DNA from: Daphnia carinata
Taxonomy: Eukaryota
NCBI RefSeq assembly: GCF_022539665.2
Contig: NC_081333.1
Coordinates: 13,082,001-13,146,000, forward strand
DNA: 64,000 nucleotides
Reading direction: 5' to 3'
Shown here: in pieces, positions 37,028 to 49,655 of the stretch
Layout: every line of letters starts with the position of its first letter
Position numbering within the stretch: the first letter of the stretch is position 1
Notes under the pieces: model-generated
What the model was told of the DNA's origin: nothing
What the model saw: the letters and a program-made list of their open reading frames with translations, nothing else
Database searches by the model: none
Made by a program: the position numbers and the translations under genes

Positions 37028-38677
37028 ATGGCAGATGTTGGCATGGAGCTGGCAGAACAGCAGCTCTTTTGGAAAACGCTTTTTGATGAGAAAAAGTTAG
37101 CTCCAAAGTTGGCCTTGTTGGCAACTGTTGACGGTGTTACGTACGACGACATGCCCCAATATGGACAGGTGCATGTTTCAGTCCATTCCGCATCCAATCT
37201 TGGGGATAATTTTATGAGCGACACGTTCACCGTGTCAGCCCGATTAAAGCGACGTTACACCACCAAGACTTATAAAGCCTTTGCCAAGGTAGAAAAATTA
37301 TTTTTGCTAATTTTATTTATGTCGTTTGAATTACGGCGAGTTTTGCTTTTGTACCAATAACAGGTGCTGCCTTCCAATCTATTGCTGCGTCAAGCAGCTT
37401 ATGAATCGCACACTCATCATCACGAGATGCACATGTATCTTCATTTCTTCGGTCTCCTGCGCGAAATGCATGTTGGACAACCCATCACGCTCGATGTCCC
37501 AGATATTTACTACGTCAACATTGAAGAAATTGTCCAAGATAAGACGGATGGATCAGGCACTTGCATTGTCCTCGAGGATCTCTCATCGCAAGGTTATTGC
37601 ATGTCGGATAAATTTGGAGGGGCTGATTACCGGCACTGTCACATGGCATTAACCTCACTGGCTCATTATCACGCTTTAACTCTGAATGCCGTGAGAACGT
37701 GGCAAGATCCGTCCACTGGCGAATTATCCAATTTGCCACATTCTGCAAGGTTTTTAACGCAGGAAAAGACTGTTTACGAACTCAGTGCGGTTCAAATTGC
37801 CAAAGACTTTTGCAATCGTATGATCGAGTTTACCCAAGATGTCAAAAGACCAGACGTAAGCTGATTAAAAATCTTAACTACACGAAAGTTAGTACCTAAT
37901 CTTGATCCTTTACAACATCATCAATTAGCTGGCCGAATGGCTTCAAAAGTTGATGGACGATCGGCTATCTGAAGTCGTCCTAGTTGATACGGTGCAATCG
38001 TGTGGACCACTGGCCTGCGTACTGCACGGAGATTTTTGGAACAACAATATGCTATTCAAATATTCAGATGAAGCTCAGCAAGGTGGAATCAATAACATTC
38101 CCGTTTCCTTGAAGTTGATTGACTTTCAACTTTCGAGGATTGGCCATCCAGTGACTGACATCCTCTATTTCATGTACGCCAGTGCCAAGCCAGAGGTTAG
38201 ACAGCGACACATGCAGGGATTGTTACGTCATTATTTTGATACGTTGAATGCCGACTTGCGGCTGTTTGGTGTTACACTTCACTATTACACCTGGCAAGAC
38301 TTTCTAAACGATTACAAGAAGAGATCGTTAATGGGGCTAATCTTTGGTGGCTTGATCATGTCCATGGGACTGGCTAAAGCCGTCGTGTCTACGATGCAAC
38401 ATTTGGATGAGGAAGAACTCCTTAAAGGGACAAGCAGCAAAAGACCTGGTATACCATCTTTTATTATTGAGATGGGATTCGAAAAATTTAATTTTTATTA
38501 TTATATTTGTTTATAGTTAATGAAACACACGAAGAAGAGTTCAGTGGGAAGAGCGCCTCATTTGAGGAGACGATGAAGAACATGATGACGTCTCACAAAC
38601 TTAGCGATAATCCAATTTTAACTGATCGTCTTTTGAAACTCATCACGGAAGTTTATAGCCTACACAAGGCGCCATAA
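37028..38677 (+). CDS. Ecdysteroid kinase-like (EcKL / CHK kinase-like) protein 1
   Basis: Exons 37028-37288, 37364-37855, 37929-38448, 38517-38677. Motifs GDNFMSD, IVLEDL, LAHYHA, Brenner motif HGDFWNNNMLF, IDFQ. Confidence 0.92.
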
Positions 38678-39288
38678 ATAAGAAATTGTTAACGTCCACG
38701 TGAAAAATAAAAATTTCTTTCAACCACTTGCAAGAAGTGCCAAACTTGTTTTCGTTTGGCAAACAACAATCTGTGGAATTTCGGCCAAATAAAACAAATG
38801 TTTTCAAGTGTTAAAAGTATGAAGGATGCAACACGTCACTAAACATATAAGCCTTTCTCTTAAAAAACAAAAGCGGTATTCATTTGGTTATTAGTATGGA
38901 GATGCAACATTAGGAGATAAGAATACAGATGACAAAATTATAGGCCATTATTCTATATCTAAAGGCATTGTGCCTTCGGTGCATGTTGTTGTACACCCTC
39001 GGATGGGACCTCAGGACACTGGACCTCGACTGACCACCGGTTCATTATTTACTCAAGTTCCGTTATCTCTCTACTACGCAAGTTGTGCATTTGCTTTTGA
39101 TACGTCCAAATCGCAGTTGTTTCTGCTCTTTTCTTTTCTACATTCCAAGGTAAAAAAAAGAAGCTCAAATTAACGTTGCAAAAAAAGAAAAGACACAAAA
39201 ATTTGATTCCATCTTCTAGTTGCAATCTGAACTTCATCCTTCGTCTTTGTGTCCAACCTGCCGACTTCAGTCAGCTGAGATATTCACC

Positions 39289-40897
39289 ATGACGGGCACA
39301 ATAAAAAGCCTGGTGGAACGTCAAACGTTTTGGCGAACACTTTTCGAATCCAAAAAATTGTCGGGTCAGTTGATCTCGTTGACAACAGATCACATCGATG
39401 GCGTCACTTACGATGACCTGCCCAACTACAAACAAGTGCATGTTGTGGTCAGACCTGCGTCCAGTCTGGGAGACAATTTCATGAGCGATACATTTATTGT
39501 TACGGCTCAAATCAGCGGCGCCATTGAGAGTGAAGCTGAGACACTGAGCACCTTCGTCAAGGTAAACCCGTTTAAAAAGAATTGCTCTAATCTAAAAGGT
39601 AGTAAGTATGTCGTCCTTAGGTGCTACCTGCGAATTTCTTGCTACGTCAAGCAGCTTATCAATCTGGCGTCCATCATCGCGAGATCAAGATGTACGATCA
39701 TTTCTTTGGCCTCCTCCGGGAAATGTATGCTGATCAACCGATACCGTTCAATGTTCCAGATTGCTACTACACCCATGTGGAGGAGGTTGTCAAGGGCGAA
39801 ACGGATGGGTCGGGTATTTGCATCTTGCTCCAAGACCTCAAAGCAGAAAATTATCGCATGGCCGATAAAACGCAAGGAGCTGACTATCGTCACTGTCACA
39901 TGGCATTGACATCCTTAGCTCATTTTCACGCTCTTACTCTCAACGCGTTGAGGCAGTGGAAAGATCCGTCCACCTGCCAACTATCGAATTGCCCGCCAAA
40001 CGCGAAATTTCTCCAGGATGAGAAAACGTTTTACGATTTTGGTATGGCTCAACACATTCCAAACTCTTCGAAATCGATGCTGGACTTTATCCAAGAAGCC
40101 AACAGGCCCGATGTAAATATAGACTCATTTTTATACAATAATATCAGTCAAGTAAAGGTCTTGCTAATTCGCAGCTTGTAGATTGGTTTGCCGAAGTGCT
40201 GCAACGTATCCACGAAGTCGTTCTGATTGACACGGTTGAAAGTAGTGGTCCACTAGCGTGCATCTTGCACGGCGATTATTGGCTCAACAACATGCTGTTC
40301 AACTACGAAGACGATGGCGAACAGAATTCTATACCAATTGCCTTTAAAATGATTGATTTTCAAGTGGCTAGAATTGGCCATCCTCTTAATGATATTCTCT
40401 ACTTCATGTACTCGAGTGCCGCAGCGGAGACGAGAGAGAAACATATGCTCGTTTTGCTTCGTTATTATTTTGATACTTTAACCACGGATTTGAGGTTACT
40501 TGGCATTTCGCTCGATGACTACACTTGGCAAGATTTTTTGGATGATTACAAGAAGAGATCGCTGATGTGGATGTTGATGGGCATCGTTGTTATGTCGGCT
40601 TCCCTCAACAAGACGGCCGTCAACGGTTTACAAGAGCTGGATGCCGAGGAAAAGATGAAGGGACCTAAACCAGGTCTACACTTTTCTATCTTTTCTGGAT
40701 TCATTTTATTTTCAACTTCAAAAAATGTAGGGGCTGATGCTGAGACGATCAAAGGCGAGAGTGGGTTCAGTCTCGAACTTGAGGAAACGATGAAGAATAT
40801 GACGGCCAGTCAAAAGTTGAGCGATAACCCAAATCTAACCGATCGTCTTGTGAAACTCATAAGCGAAGTCAAAGCTTTAAACTGTTCACAGAAATAG
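39289..40897 (+). CDS. EcKL protein 2
   Basis: ATG 39289; same exon layout; HGDYWLNNMLF, IDFQ; stop TAG at 40897. Confidence 0.92.
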
Positions 40898-41334
40898 GTT
40901 TTCTTTCCTACCGATTTTCGAGCTGATTATATAAACAATACAATAAATGTAATCGATTTGTGATCTTGACCTATTTTATTGTTACGGATTTTAGTGTTTT
41001 GTTTGTCGTTCGCTTAAAAGGCAGACGAAAGTAATCATTTGATAAGTCAAGGTGCAAAAATCCCCTAAAAATGATGTGAAGTGATCGTAAGGAGCAAATG
41101 GAAAAACCTTACTGACATTTCACACAGATCAACAGGTAGATAATGTGATAACAAATCATTATCTGCATGGGACTTGTAGGTTATATTCTATGCTTTACAG
41201 ATAAGCTGACGCATAAATTCTAAGCAATTTCGAGTTGCAAGTGAGGGTTGCTAACTGTTTTAAAAACCGGTATTTTACAATAGCACCTCGCACAAATTCT
41301 TGTCTCGCTATTCTGGCGTGCAATTAAACCTGAA

Positions 41335-43679
41335 ATGTCATCGACTACTGCCGTAAATGTAGATGGCATCGAATTTGATCGCGACGACCTTTTGGGTAGC
41401 GGTGGCTTCGGTTCAGTGTATCGTGGTAAATATAAAGATCAAAGTGTAGCAGTAAAAAAAATGATGAAGAGAAATAGCAAAGATCAAATGCCTGACAACG
41501 AGTTAAATATTCTGAAGCAGTTAGACCACCCCAATATAGTTAAACTACTCCACTCCGCAAGCGATGTCGACTTCAAGTAAGATTATTTACGTGTTTAACT
41601 TTGAATTAAGCTGAGAATTTCCATGCGATTTCTGCGATTCAGTTATTTGGCTTTGGAATTGTGCGACACATCATTGGATCAGGTGTTCCTAAATGAGGAC
41701 GATTCTCGGAGATATAAAGGACCTGCATTACCAAATAATTTCGAGGTTTTTTTCCAGTTAGCCACTGGTCTCGAATACATTCATTCAAAGAATGTAATCC
41801 ATCGGGACATTAAACCGGGCAATATTCTCATTTCTGTGAAACGTACTGACCAAGGTGAAGATATAACGATCAAGTGGGCTGATTTTGGATTGTCACGAGA
41901 AGTGAGTGAACGAGGAACATTCATAATGAGTGGAGTCAAAGGGACTCTACTTTGGTTCTCTCCCGAAGAGATGGAAATTCGCGGCAAAAACCTACGAATC
42001 GAAGAAACTAAAGGCTCCATCAAAAGCGACGTATACGCATTAGGCCTCGTCTTTGGTTATATTCTCTTGAGAGGAAGACATATATACGGCGAAAATGCGT
42101 TACAAATTGTAAAGAACATTACGGACAACGAACCAACCAGTCTGAATGGTAAGTTAGCTCTTGAGGCAGATAATATAACAAACATATTAATTAAATGTTT
42201 AAAATTTGAAATATAATAGAAATTCATCACAAGCCTTTAGGCCGTAACTTAATAGAACAAATGCTGATTAAGACACCTGGCAATAGAATTACATCCAAAC
42301 AAGTTGTTGATCAATTGCAATCCATAAAAATCAAAGTAAAGAAATTACAGGCAAAGAACGAAGATGGATGGAATGAGCTTCATCTTTTGTGTTCTTACAA
42401 TTTGAGCCCACATTTAATCGATGAGATTAAACTCTTGATCGAACTCGGTATCGACAAGGACGCTAAGGACAATGATGGACGCAATGCGCTTCATTGTTTG
42501 TGTTATTACAATTCCAACCCACACTTAATGGATGCGATTAAACTCTTGATCGAACTAGGTATCGACACGAATGCAAAGGACAAGGATGGATGGGATGCGC
42601 TTCATCTTTTGTGTTATAACAATTCCAACCCCCACTCAATGGGTGCGATTAAACTCTTGATCGAACTCGGCATCGACAAAAACGCAAAGGACAACGATGG
42701 ACGCAATGCGCTTCATTGTTTGTGTTATTACAATTCAAGCCCACACTTAATCGATGCGATTAAACTCTTGATCGAACTCGGCATCGACAAGGACGCAAAG
42801 GACAACGATGGATGGAATGCGCTTCATCTGTTATGTGGATTCAATTCAAGCCAACACTTAATCGATGCGATTAAACTCTTGGTCGAACTCGGCATCGACA
42901 AAAACGCAAAGGACAACGATGGACGCAATGCGCTTCATCGTTTGTGTTATTACAATTCCAACCCACACTTAATCGATGCGATTAAACTCTTGATCGAACT
43001 CGGCATCGACAAAAACGCAAAGGACAACGATGGACGCAATGCGCTTCATCTGTTATGTGGATTCAATTCAAGCCAACACTTAATCGATGCGATTAAACTC
43101 TTGATCGAACTCGGCATCGACAAGGACGCAAAGGACAACGATGGATGTAATGCGCTTCATCTGTTATGTGGATTCAATTCAAGCCAACACTTAATCGATG
43201 CGATTAAATTTTTGATCAAACTCGGCATCGACAAGGACGCAAAGGACAAAGATGGATGGAATGCGCTTCATCTTTTGTGTCGATATAATTCAAGCCCACA
43301 CTTAATCGATGCGATTAAACTCTTGATTAAACTCGGCATCGACGTAAATGCAAAGCAGAACGGTGGATGGAATGCGCTTCATCTTTTGTGTCGATATAAT
43401 TCAAGCCCACACTTAATCGATGCGATTAAACTCTTGATTGAACTCGGCATCGACGTAAATGCAAAGCAGAACGGTGGATGGAATGCGCTTCATCTTTTGT
43501 GTCGATATAATTCAAGCCCAAACTTAACCGATGCGATTAAACTCTTGATCGAACTCGGCATTGACAAGGACGCAAAGGATAACGATGGATCAAATGCACT
43601 CGATTTGAGCCGGCTCAATACAAATTTTACAAACTGCAACATAGACGAAATCTTTAAATCGTGTGAGGTGCACTTATAA
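41335..43679 (+). CDS. IRE1-like kinase + ankyrin array (KA2; 11 units, N-cap deleted)
   Basis: Exons 41335-41576, 41643-42148, 42220-43679. Motifs GSGGFG, VAVKK, HRDIKPGN, DFG, FSPE. Confidence 0.9.
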
Positions 43680-45900
43680 CGATATTAAAGCTATTCGCAA
43701 GATGAACAGGCAAGAAAAGGCTGCGTTGCAACAGACGAGACTCTCGGCAAAATACGGTTTATAATAGTTAGAATAGACAGTGCGACGCACCACATCAGCT
43801 GGAGTATGCAGAAAACGAACCTTGTAACACAAGTGAATAAAAAAGTTTGAGGAAGCTTAACGAAAACTCACGTAACTTGTCTGCGAAAAACTATCTGTTT
43901 GCTGGGCCAACTGCAAAACGAGCGACCACACGTCCGCTAATACAACTCTGCTATCGTTGGAAAACTCACTTTAGGAGAAACATGAGGCATCAGTCGAGTA
44001 ATTGTGTGCTAACTATACGGGAATAAAGGGCGACCCAGTTCTACATCAACAGCACAAAGTCAAACGGTATGCAATGGCGGCATCCTGAAATCGACTCAAC
44101 TTTGTCGTTAATCCATTTACTTAATTTACTTTCACCTAAAATATTTTTTTGTCAAATTCCGAGGAAAACACATACCAATAAAAAAAGTTAATTCGATCCT
44201 CCATACAATCTAACAGGCGCGTACAGCTCTTAAGTTTTGTAAAATGTAAAACCCGAATACAAAAACTAACCTGGAAATGCACCACGTGATCTTCATCGAA
44301 AGTAGGTAATCTGCTGGACACTACACACATTTGATATTTAGACGCTTTCCGCTTTACACCCGGAGTTTTGATGATTGCAGCGTGGTCACCAATGAGCTGA
44401 CTTGTACGTAAATTGACGTGTAAAACATTCCACCACCGACGGACAATCAGCTTGTGGTATGACGATGTTTCCAGGGTTTAAACCGTTGGACGGTTTCAAA
44501 ACCAAGTTTGCCAGTTACATCACCAGGACTTGCTTCATTCAGCAACAAACTAAGCAAAAAGACAAACAAATAAAAAAAATCATCATTTAGTGAAAGAGAA
44601 CGGCACTGTAACATTTAGCTCATTATTAGAGGATAACAAATACTTTGCAGGTGACTCTTTATTTCTAAAACATTCCCCGTTTCAAAAGGCATATGTTGCA
44701 AGCAATATTGATCCAAAATGTCCAAGTTTCTTATGGCAGCCATGAATCGAAAAATATTGAAATTGACCATCGTGCAAGCCTAGTCGAATGATCCAGGGTC
44801 AGCCTTAGATGCGACTGTATTTACCAAATAAATGTAACATTTTGCTTTCGTGTCAATGGAATTTTCTAAACAAGTTTACGTCATTGATTGTATAATAAAT
44901 GTTCTTACCTGCTGTTATGTCCCGCAAAGAAAAGGTGGCAACGCTCTCACAAACTGGCGAAGAAGCAAAAGGAAAAGGTGCACGTTCATGGGACACAAAT
45001 TCACTACTGCACATTGTGGCACTCCATCAGACCAGAGACTAAAGCGAAAAGCACCGATCCCCACTTTAGGCCAGGTAGACATACTCCGTCTTTCCGGTGG
45101 TGGCGCACGGAACTTATACCCGCCGTTTGTTGCGGGGGAGGGTGGGAGAGAAACTTTACAAGGACACTGTAAGGTCTCATTAGGAGGAATTTGGAAAATT
45201 CAAAAAGACAAAGATGATAAATAATAGGCGAAAGGAAAACATGGATTACAGAGAACTCCCCCCGAGTTGAAAAGAAAACAAGCAATTTAATGTTAAAGAT
45301 AATAAAACTTCTCAGGTTCATTGAACTATCATTGAGTTATTGTTCTATTGATAGGAGAAGCACTCTCCTGTTCTATTGCCTTTTGTCCTTGAGTGTCAAC
45401 ATGCTTTTATTCCCCTTACCTCTAGCGCCAATGGTGAGAAGGCGGGTGTGTTATAAACATGGTGGAGTGAAACGCAAATGTCTTTCCATTTTATTTATGC
45501 GATATTATAAATTTTTCCTGTTTAGTAGTACACATATTTAAACGAATTATTTCTAAACACCGAATTTTTTTAAAACATTTAGTTACAATGCATTCCAAAA
45601 CGAAAATGCTCTTCCAACGGTTGTATCGATTCTTACACGATCAATCTGCGAAATTGGTACACGTGCCCGACGAAAAGTAGGAGGAATGGTTTTCTCTAAG
45701 TGTGGGCAACGAGATTTCTGGACAATTTGTTTAACTCTCTTCATCCCCCCTCCAAAAAAAATTAAATTAAATTAAATTAAATATCACGTTGTGATTGTTT
45801 ACATTTCGAATGTCCTTCTGCACATGCTGCATTGGTGTGCCAGTCATAATCTGCTATCAGTTGAGTCCTACCATTTGGACAGATGAGAACCGATGGTTTA
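43680..45900 (+). repeat. Shared kinase-ankyrin 3' flank (copy 3)
   Basis: Near-identical to 58477-60700 over the first ~1 kb; inverted homolog of 21530-23470. Confidence 0.88.
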
Positions 45901-45930
45901 TGTGATGTAGATCAAAAAGGAGTAATTAAC

Positions 45931-46048
45931 GGAGTAGTGGACCACTAGCGGGCATCTTGCACGGCGATTACTGGATTAATAATATGCTGTTCAAATACGA
46001 AGACGATGGCAAACCCAATTCTGAATCAATTGTCTTCCAAAATGATTT
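45931..46048 (+). pseudogene. EcKL catalytic-exon fragment
   Basis: agtagtggaccactagcgggcatcttgcacggcgattactggattaataatatgctg (HGDYWINNMLF) matches 40241-40355; isolated and frameshifted. Confidence 0.85.
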
Positions 46049-46451
46049 ACCACGTACCATCCGAAAAAATAAAAAAACAATTGGTTTGTATGTTGAACTT
46101 GCATGGAATGCATTGATTTACAAGTCATTCTGTTCTACTTTCGATCGTGCTCGAGCATTCAGAGAGATAAGAGACCAACGTACAAGTTGGGATACAACAA
46201 TGTTGTTCGATAGATAATATCCGTGTATGTGGTCAGCATTTCTGTTTCACTGACGTACCGTTTAAGATCATTCCGGACAACACATCGAGCAGCGCAGAAT
46301 CAATAACATCTTTAACTTCCCAATTGATCATTGTTCCAGCTTTACATTTTATTGTAAGCCATTTCATGTTCAGTACAGTTTTCTTTCTAATATGAATCAC
46401 TCAATTAAGCGCAGTCACATTAGGTGACAATAATTTCTAATTAGGTTAAAA

Positions 46452-48139
46452 ATGAACGGAAAAATCAAGAATCTGAGTGATCGACAGCATTTTTGGAAAG
46501 TACTTTTTGAAACCAAACAATTGGCTGCCCAGCTGGCCTCCTTGGCAACGAATCACGTTGATGGCATCACCTACGATGACATACCCCAGTACGGAAAAGT
46601 GCACGTCGTGGCTCAATCTGGTTCAAATTTAGGTGACAATTTCCAGAGCGATACGTTCATTGTAACTGCCCGGCTATTGCTAGGCCAACACGAAGAGGCA
46701 ATCGACGTCTTGAGTACTTTCATTAAGGTATTTATTTCCCTATTCACTTCTAACGAGTTTGAAACTGTTCAACGTTCAACAGGTGCTGCCATCTAATTTC
46801 TTGCTTCGTAAATCGGCTTACGAGTCTCGCGTTCATCACCGTGAGATCAACATGTACCATCACTTCTTCGCTCTGCTGCGAGAACTGCATGCCGATCAGC
46901 CGATTCCATTAGATGTTCCAGACTGTTACTACACCCATCTGGAACAGGTTGTCAAGGGCGAGACGGACGGATCGGGTACTTGCATTCTACTTGAGGATCT
47001 CAAATCAGAGAATTATCGCATGGCAGATAAAATACGAGGTGCCGATTATCGCCACTGTCACATGGCATTGACGTCATTGGCTCATTATCACGCCTTGACT
47101 CTGAACGCTGTGAGAAAATGGAAAGATCCGTCCACGGGAGAATTGTCCAATATGCCACCTGTGGCGAAATTCATTTTGGAAGAGAAATCCATGTATGACG
47201 TAGGAATCATTAAAATCCTTCAAGACTTTTCCATCTCGATCGTCAATTTCGCCAAAGAAATAGACAGACCTGATGTGAGTACGCTGGGAAGTATTCTTGT
47301 CATACCTAATGGGAACAGTTTTAGTGTCTTTGTTCAAATTTATTTATTAGTAATCATTACCAGGTAGTTGAATGGTTGATAAACATACAGCAACGAATAC
47401 CGGAAATCGTTTTAGTCGATAATCTCGAGAGCAGTGGTCCATTGGCTTGCATTCTTCATGGGGATTTTTGGAACAACAATATGCTCTTCAGATACGCAGA
47501 CCAGACGTATCAAATTGAAAAGGAAGATGGGACAAAGAACGAGAATGCACCAGCAGACATTCCTGTTTCATTGAGAATGCTCGATTTTCAACTATCGAGG
47601 ATCGGCCACCCACTCAGTGACGTCCTTTACTTCATGTACACGAGTACAATGCCGGAGTTGAGAGAGCGATACATGCTCGTCTTGCTTCGTTATTATTTTG
47701 ATACTTTGACGACCGATCTGAGGTTGCTCGGCATTTCGTTGGACAACTACAGCTGGCAAAACTTTCTAGAGGATTACAAGAAAAGGTCGTTAATGTGGAT
47801 GTTGATAGGCGTCATGATCGTTTCCATGACCCAAAATAAGAAGGTTGTGACCAGTTTACAAGATATGGATGCAGACGAACAACTAAAAGAGCCAAAACCA
47901 GGTGACAGTTGATTTCCGTTTGGGTATCAGTGCTCTTTAATCGTCTTCATTGTGTTGTTGGCCTTTTAGTGAACGAAGAGACGGATGTGGAACCAGTTAA
48001 GGGTGAAAGTGGAATGAGCCTCGAAATGGAGGAAACTTACAAGAACATGATGGCGACGTATGTACTGAGTGATAGTCCGGCTCTGTCCGATCGAATTCTT
48101 AAACTTATCCTGGAGGCTATGGCCTTAAATTGCTCTTAA
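46452..48139 (+). CDS. EcKL protein 3
   Basis: Four exons; GDNFQSD, ILLEDL, HGDFWNNNMLF, LDFQ; stop TAA at 48139. Confidence 0.92.
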
Positions 48140-49655
48140 ACTGTAGTACCTTAAATTGTTCATCTTTTCCTGTATCTTCAAGGTTTTCCACCATTTTGCC
48201 TATTAAAGGTTGAATAAGATGTGCTAATTGTAGACACACTTCGCAACATAGTAAAAGACAAAACGAATACAAGATGGCGTTCTATGTTTTCCGTTGCTGC
48301 ATCAAATAGGTTGACGTAATCACGGATGTTTGATTAGATTCAATAAATGTGATTTACTGCCTGTTGGTAGGCTGATAACTGTACTTGTTGCACTACTGGC
48401 ACTGCAGCACAATCAGTGAGTTTGCGTAACACCAGGTCGTTAAGGCGAGATGGTAACGATTCTCTTACACGCGTATCATAGACTACAAAGTATGGAGTGA
48501 ACACTGCGATGGGGTAGTTAGACTTTTGCCAATGCAGTGTTGCCATTTTGCATTTCTTGGAATAAAAATGATTGGAAAATAACGTGATTTCATGCAAAAT
48601 GTCATTATTTCCCAAGCTAATTGAAAAACAATATCAAACAATGAGTAGTGGCCTCGGTCAGCATAATTTTTTCGCTTTCCATTGCGCAATTCTGAACGAA
48701 AACAAAAGCAAACATGAACATTTGCCTTTCAAAAAGAAAATAATCTGGCTTTGTAAATCGACTTATTTAATTATTGTTATACATTTTTTTCTTTCTGTTT
48801 GGTCACTGCAAAATATGGTCGTTTTGTGCTTGTCCTGGATAACGGACATAATCCTAAAGGGAAAGTTATATGAACTGTAAAACACGCCGAAACATGCAAT
48901 AACAGGAAGAAAGATGAGTAGGCTAGGTAATTAAATTAACCATAGGAAGGACAAAGCGAAGGTGAAAAATTAAAGAGATATTTTACTTATGCATTACTTG
49001 TCGACAAACTGGCAGGACAGCTGATCGTTTCTTTATATTTGTGCTACTTTCTCTTCAACACCTGCGACTAATAAAGATAATCAGTGTTCGTATTATTTGG
49101 ACCTCATCAAGTAGGTTATACCATGTTCGTCAAAGAAATATGTAACATATATTCGTAGCATATTTACATTTTAAAAAAGAACGGGGAAAAGCTTCACGAA
49201 AGATAATGAGAAGACAATGCGATAAGGTATACATGTCGAAAGTGAACAGCGCAGTGCGCAATTAGTAAAGCTCTACAATAAAACGTTTATAGGCAGAAAC
49301 AATTAAATTAAACGATTAGAAAAGCACGCTGAGCGAATTATTAATTCAATGCAAAATCAATTGTCAAGAAAACGAACACAAATCCCGTAAAAATGATGTG
49401 AAGTAATTTTAAGAAGCAAATGAAAAAATTTCGCTGACCTTTCACACAGATCAACAGGTAGATAATGTGATAACAAATCATTATCTGCATTGGACTCGTA
49501 GGTTATATTCTATGCTTTACAGATAAACTGACTGATAAATTCTAAGCAATTTCGAGTTGCAAGTGAGGGTTGCCCAGTGTTTTAGAACCGGTATTGTACA
49601 AAAGCAGCTCGCATAAGTTCTTGTCTTGCTAGTATCAGGTGCAATTAAACCTGAA

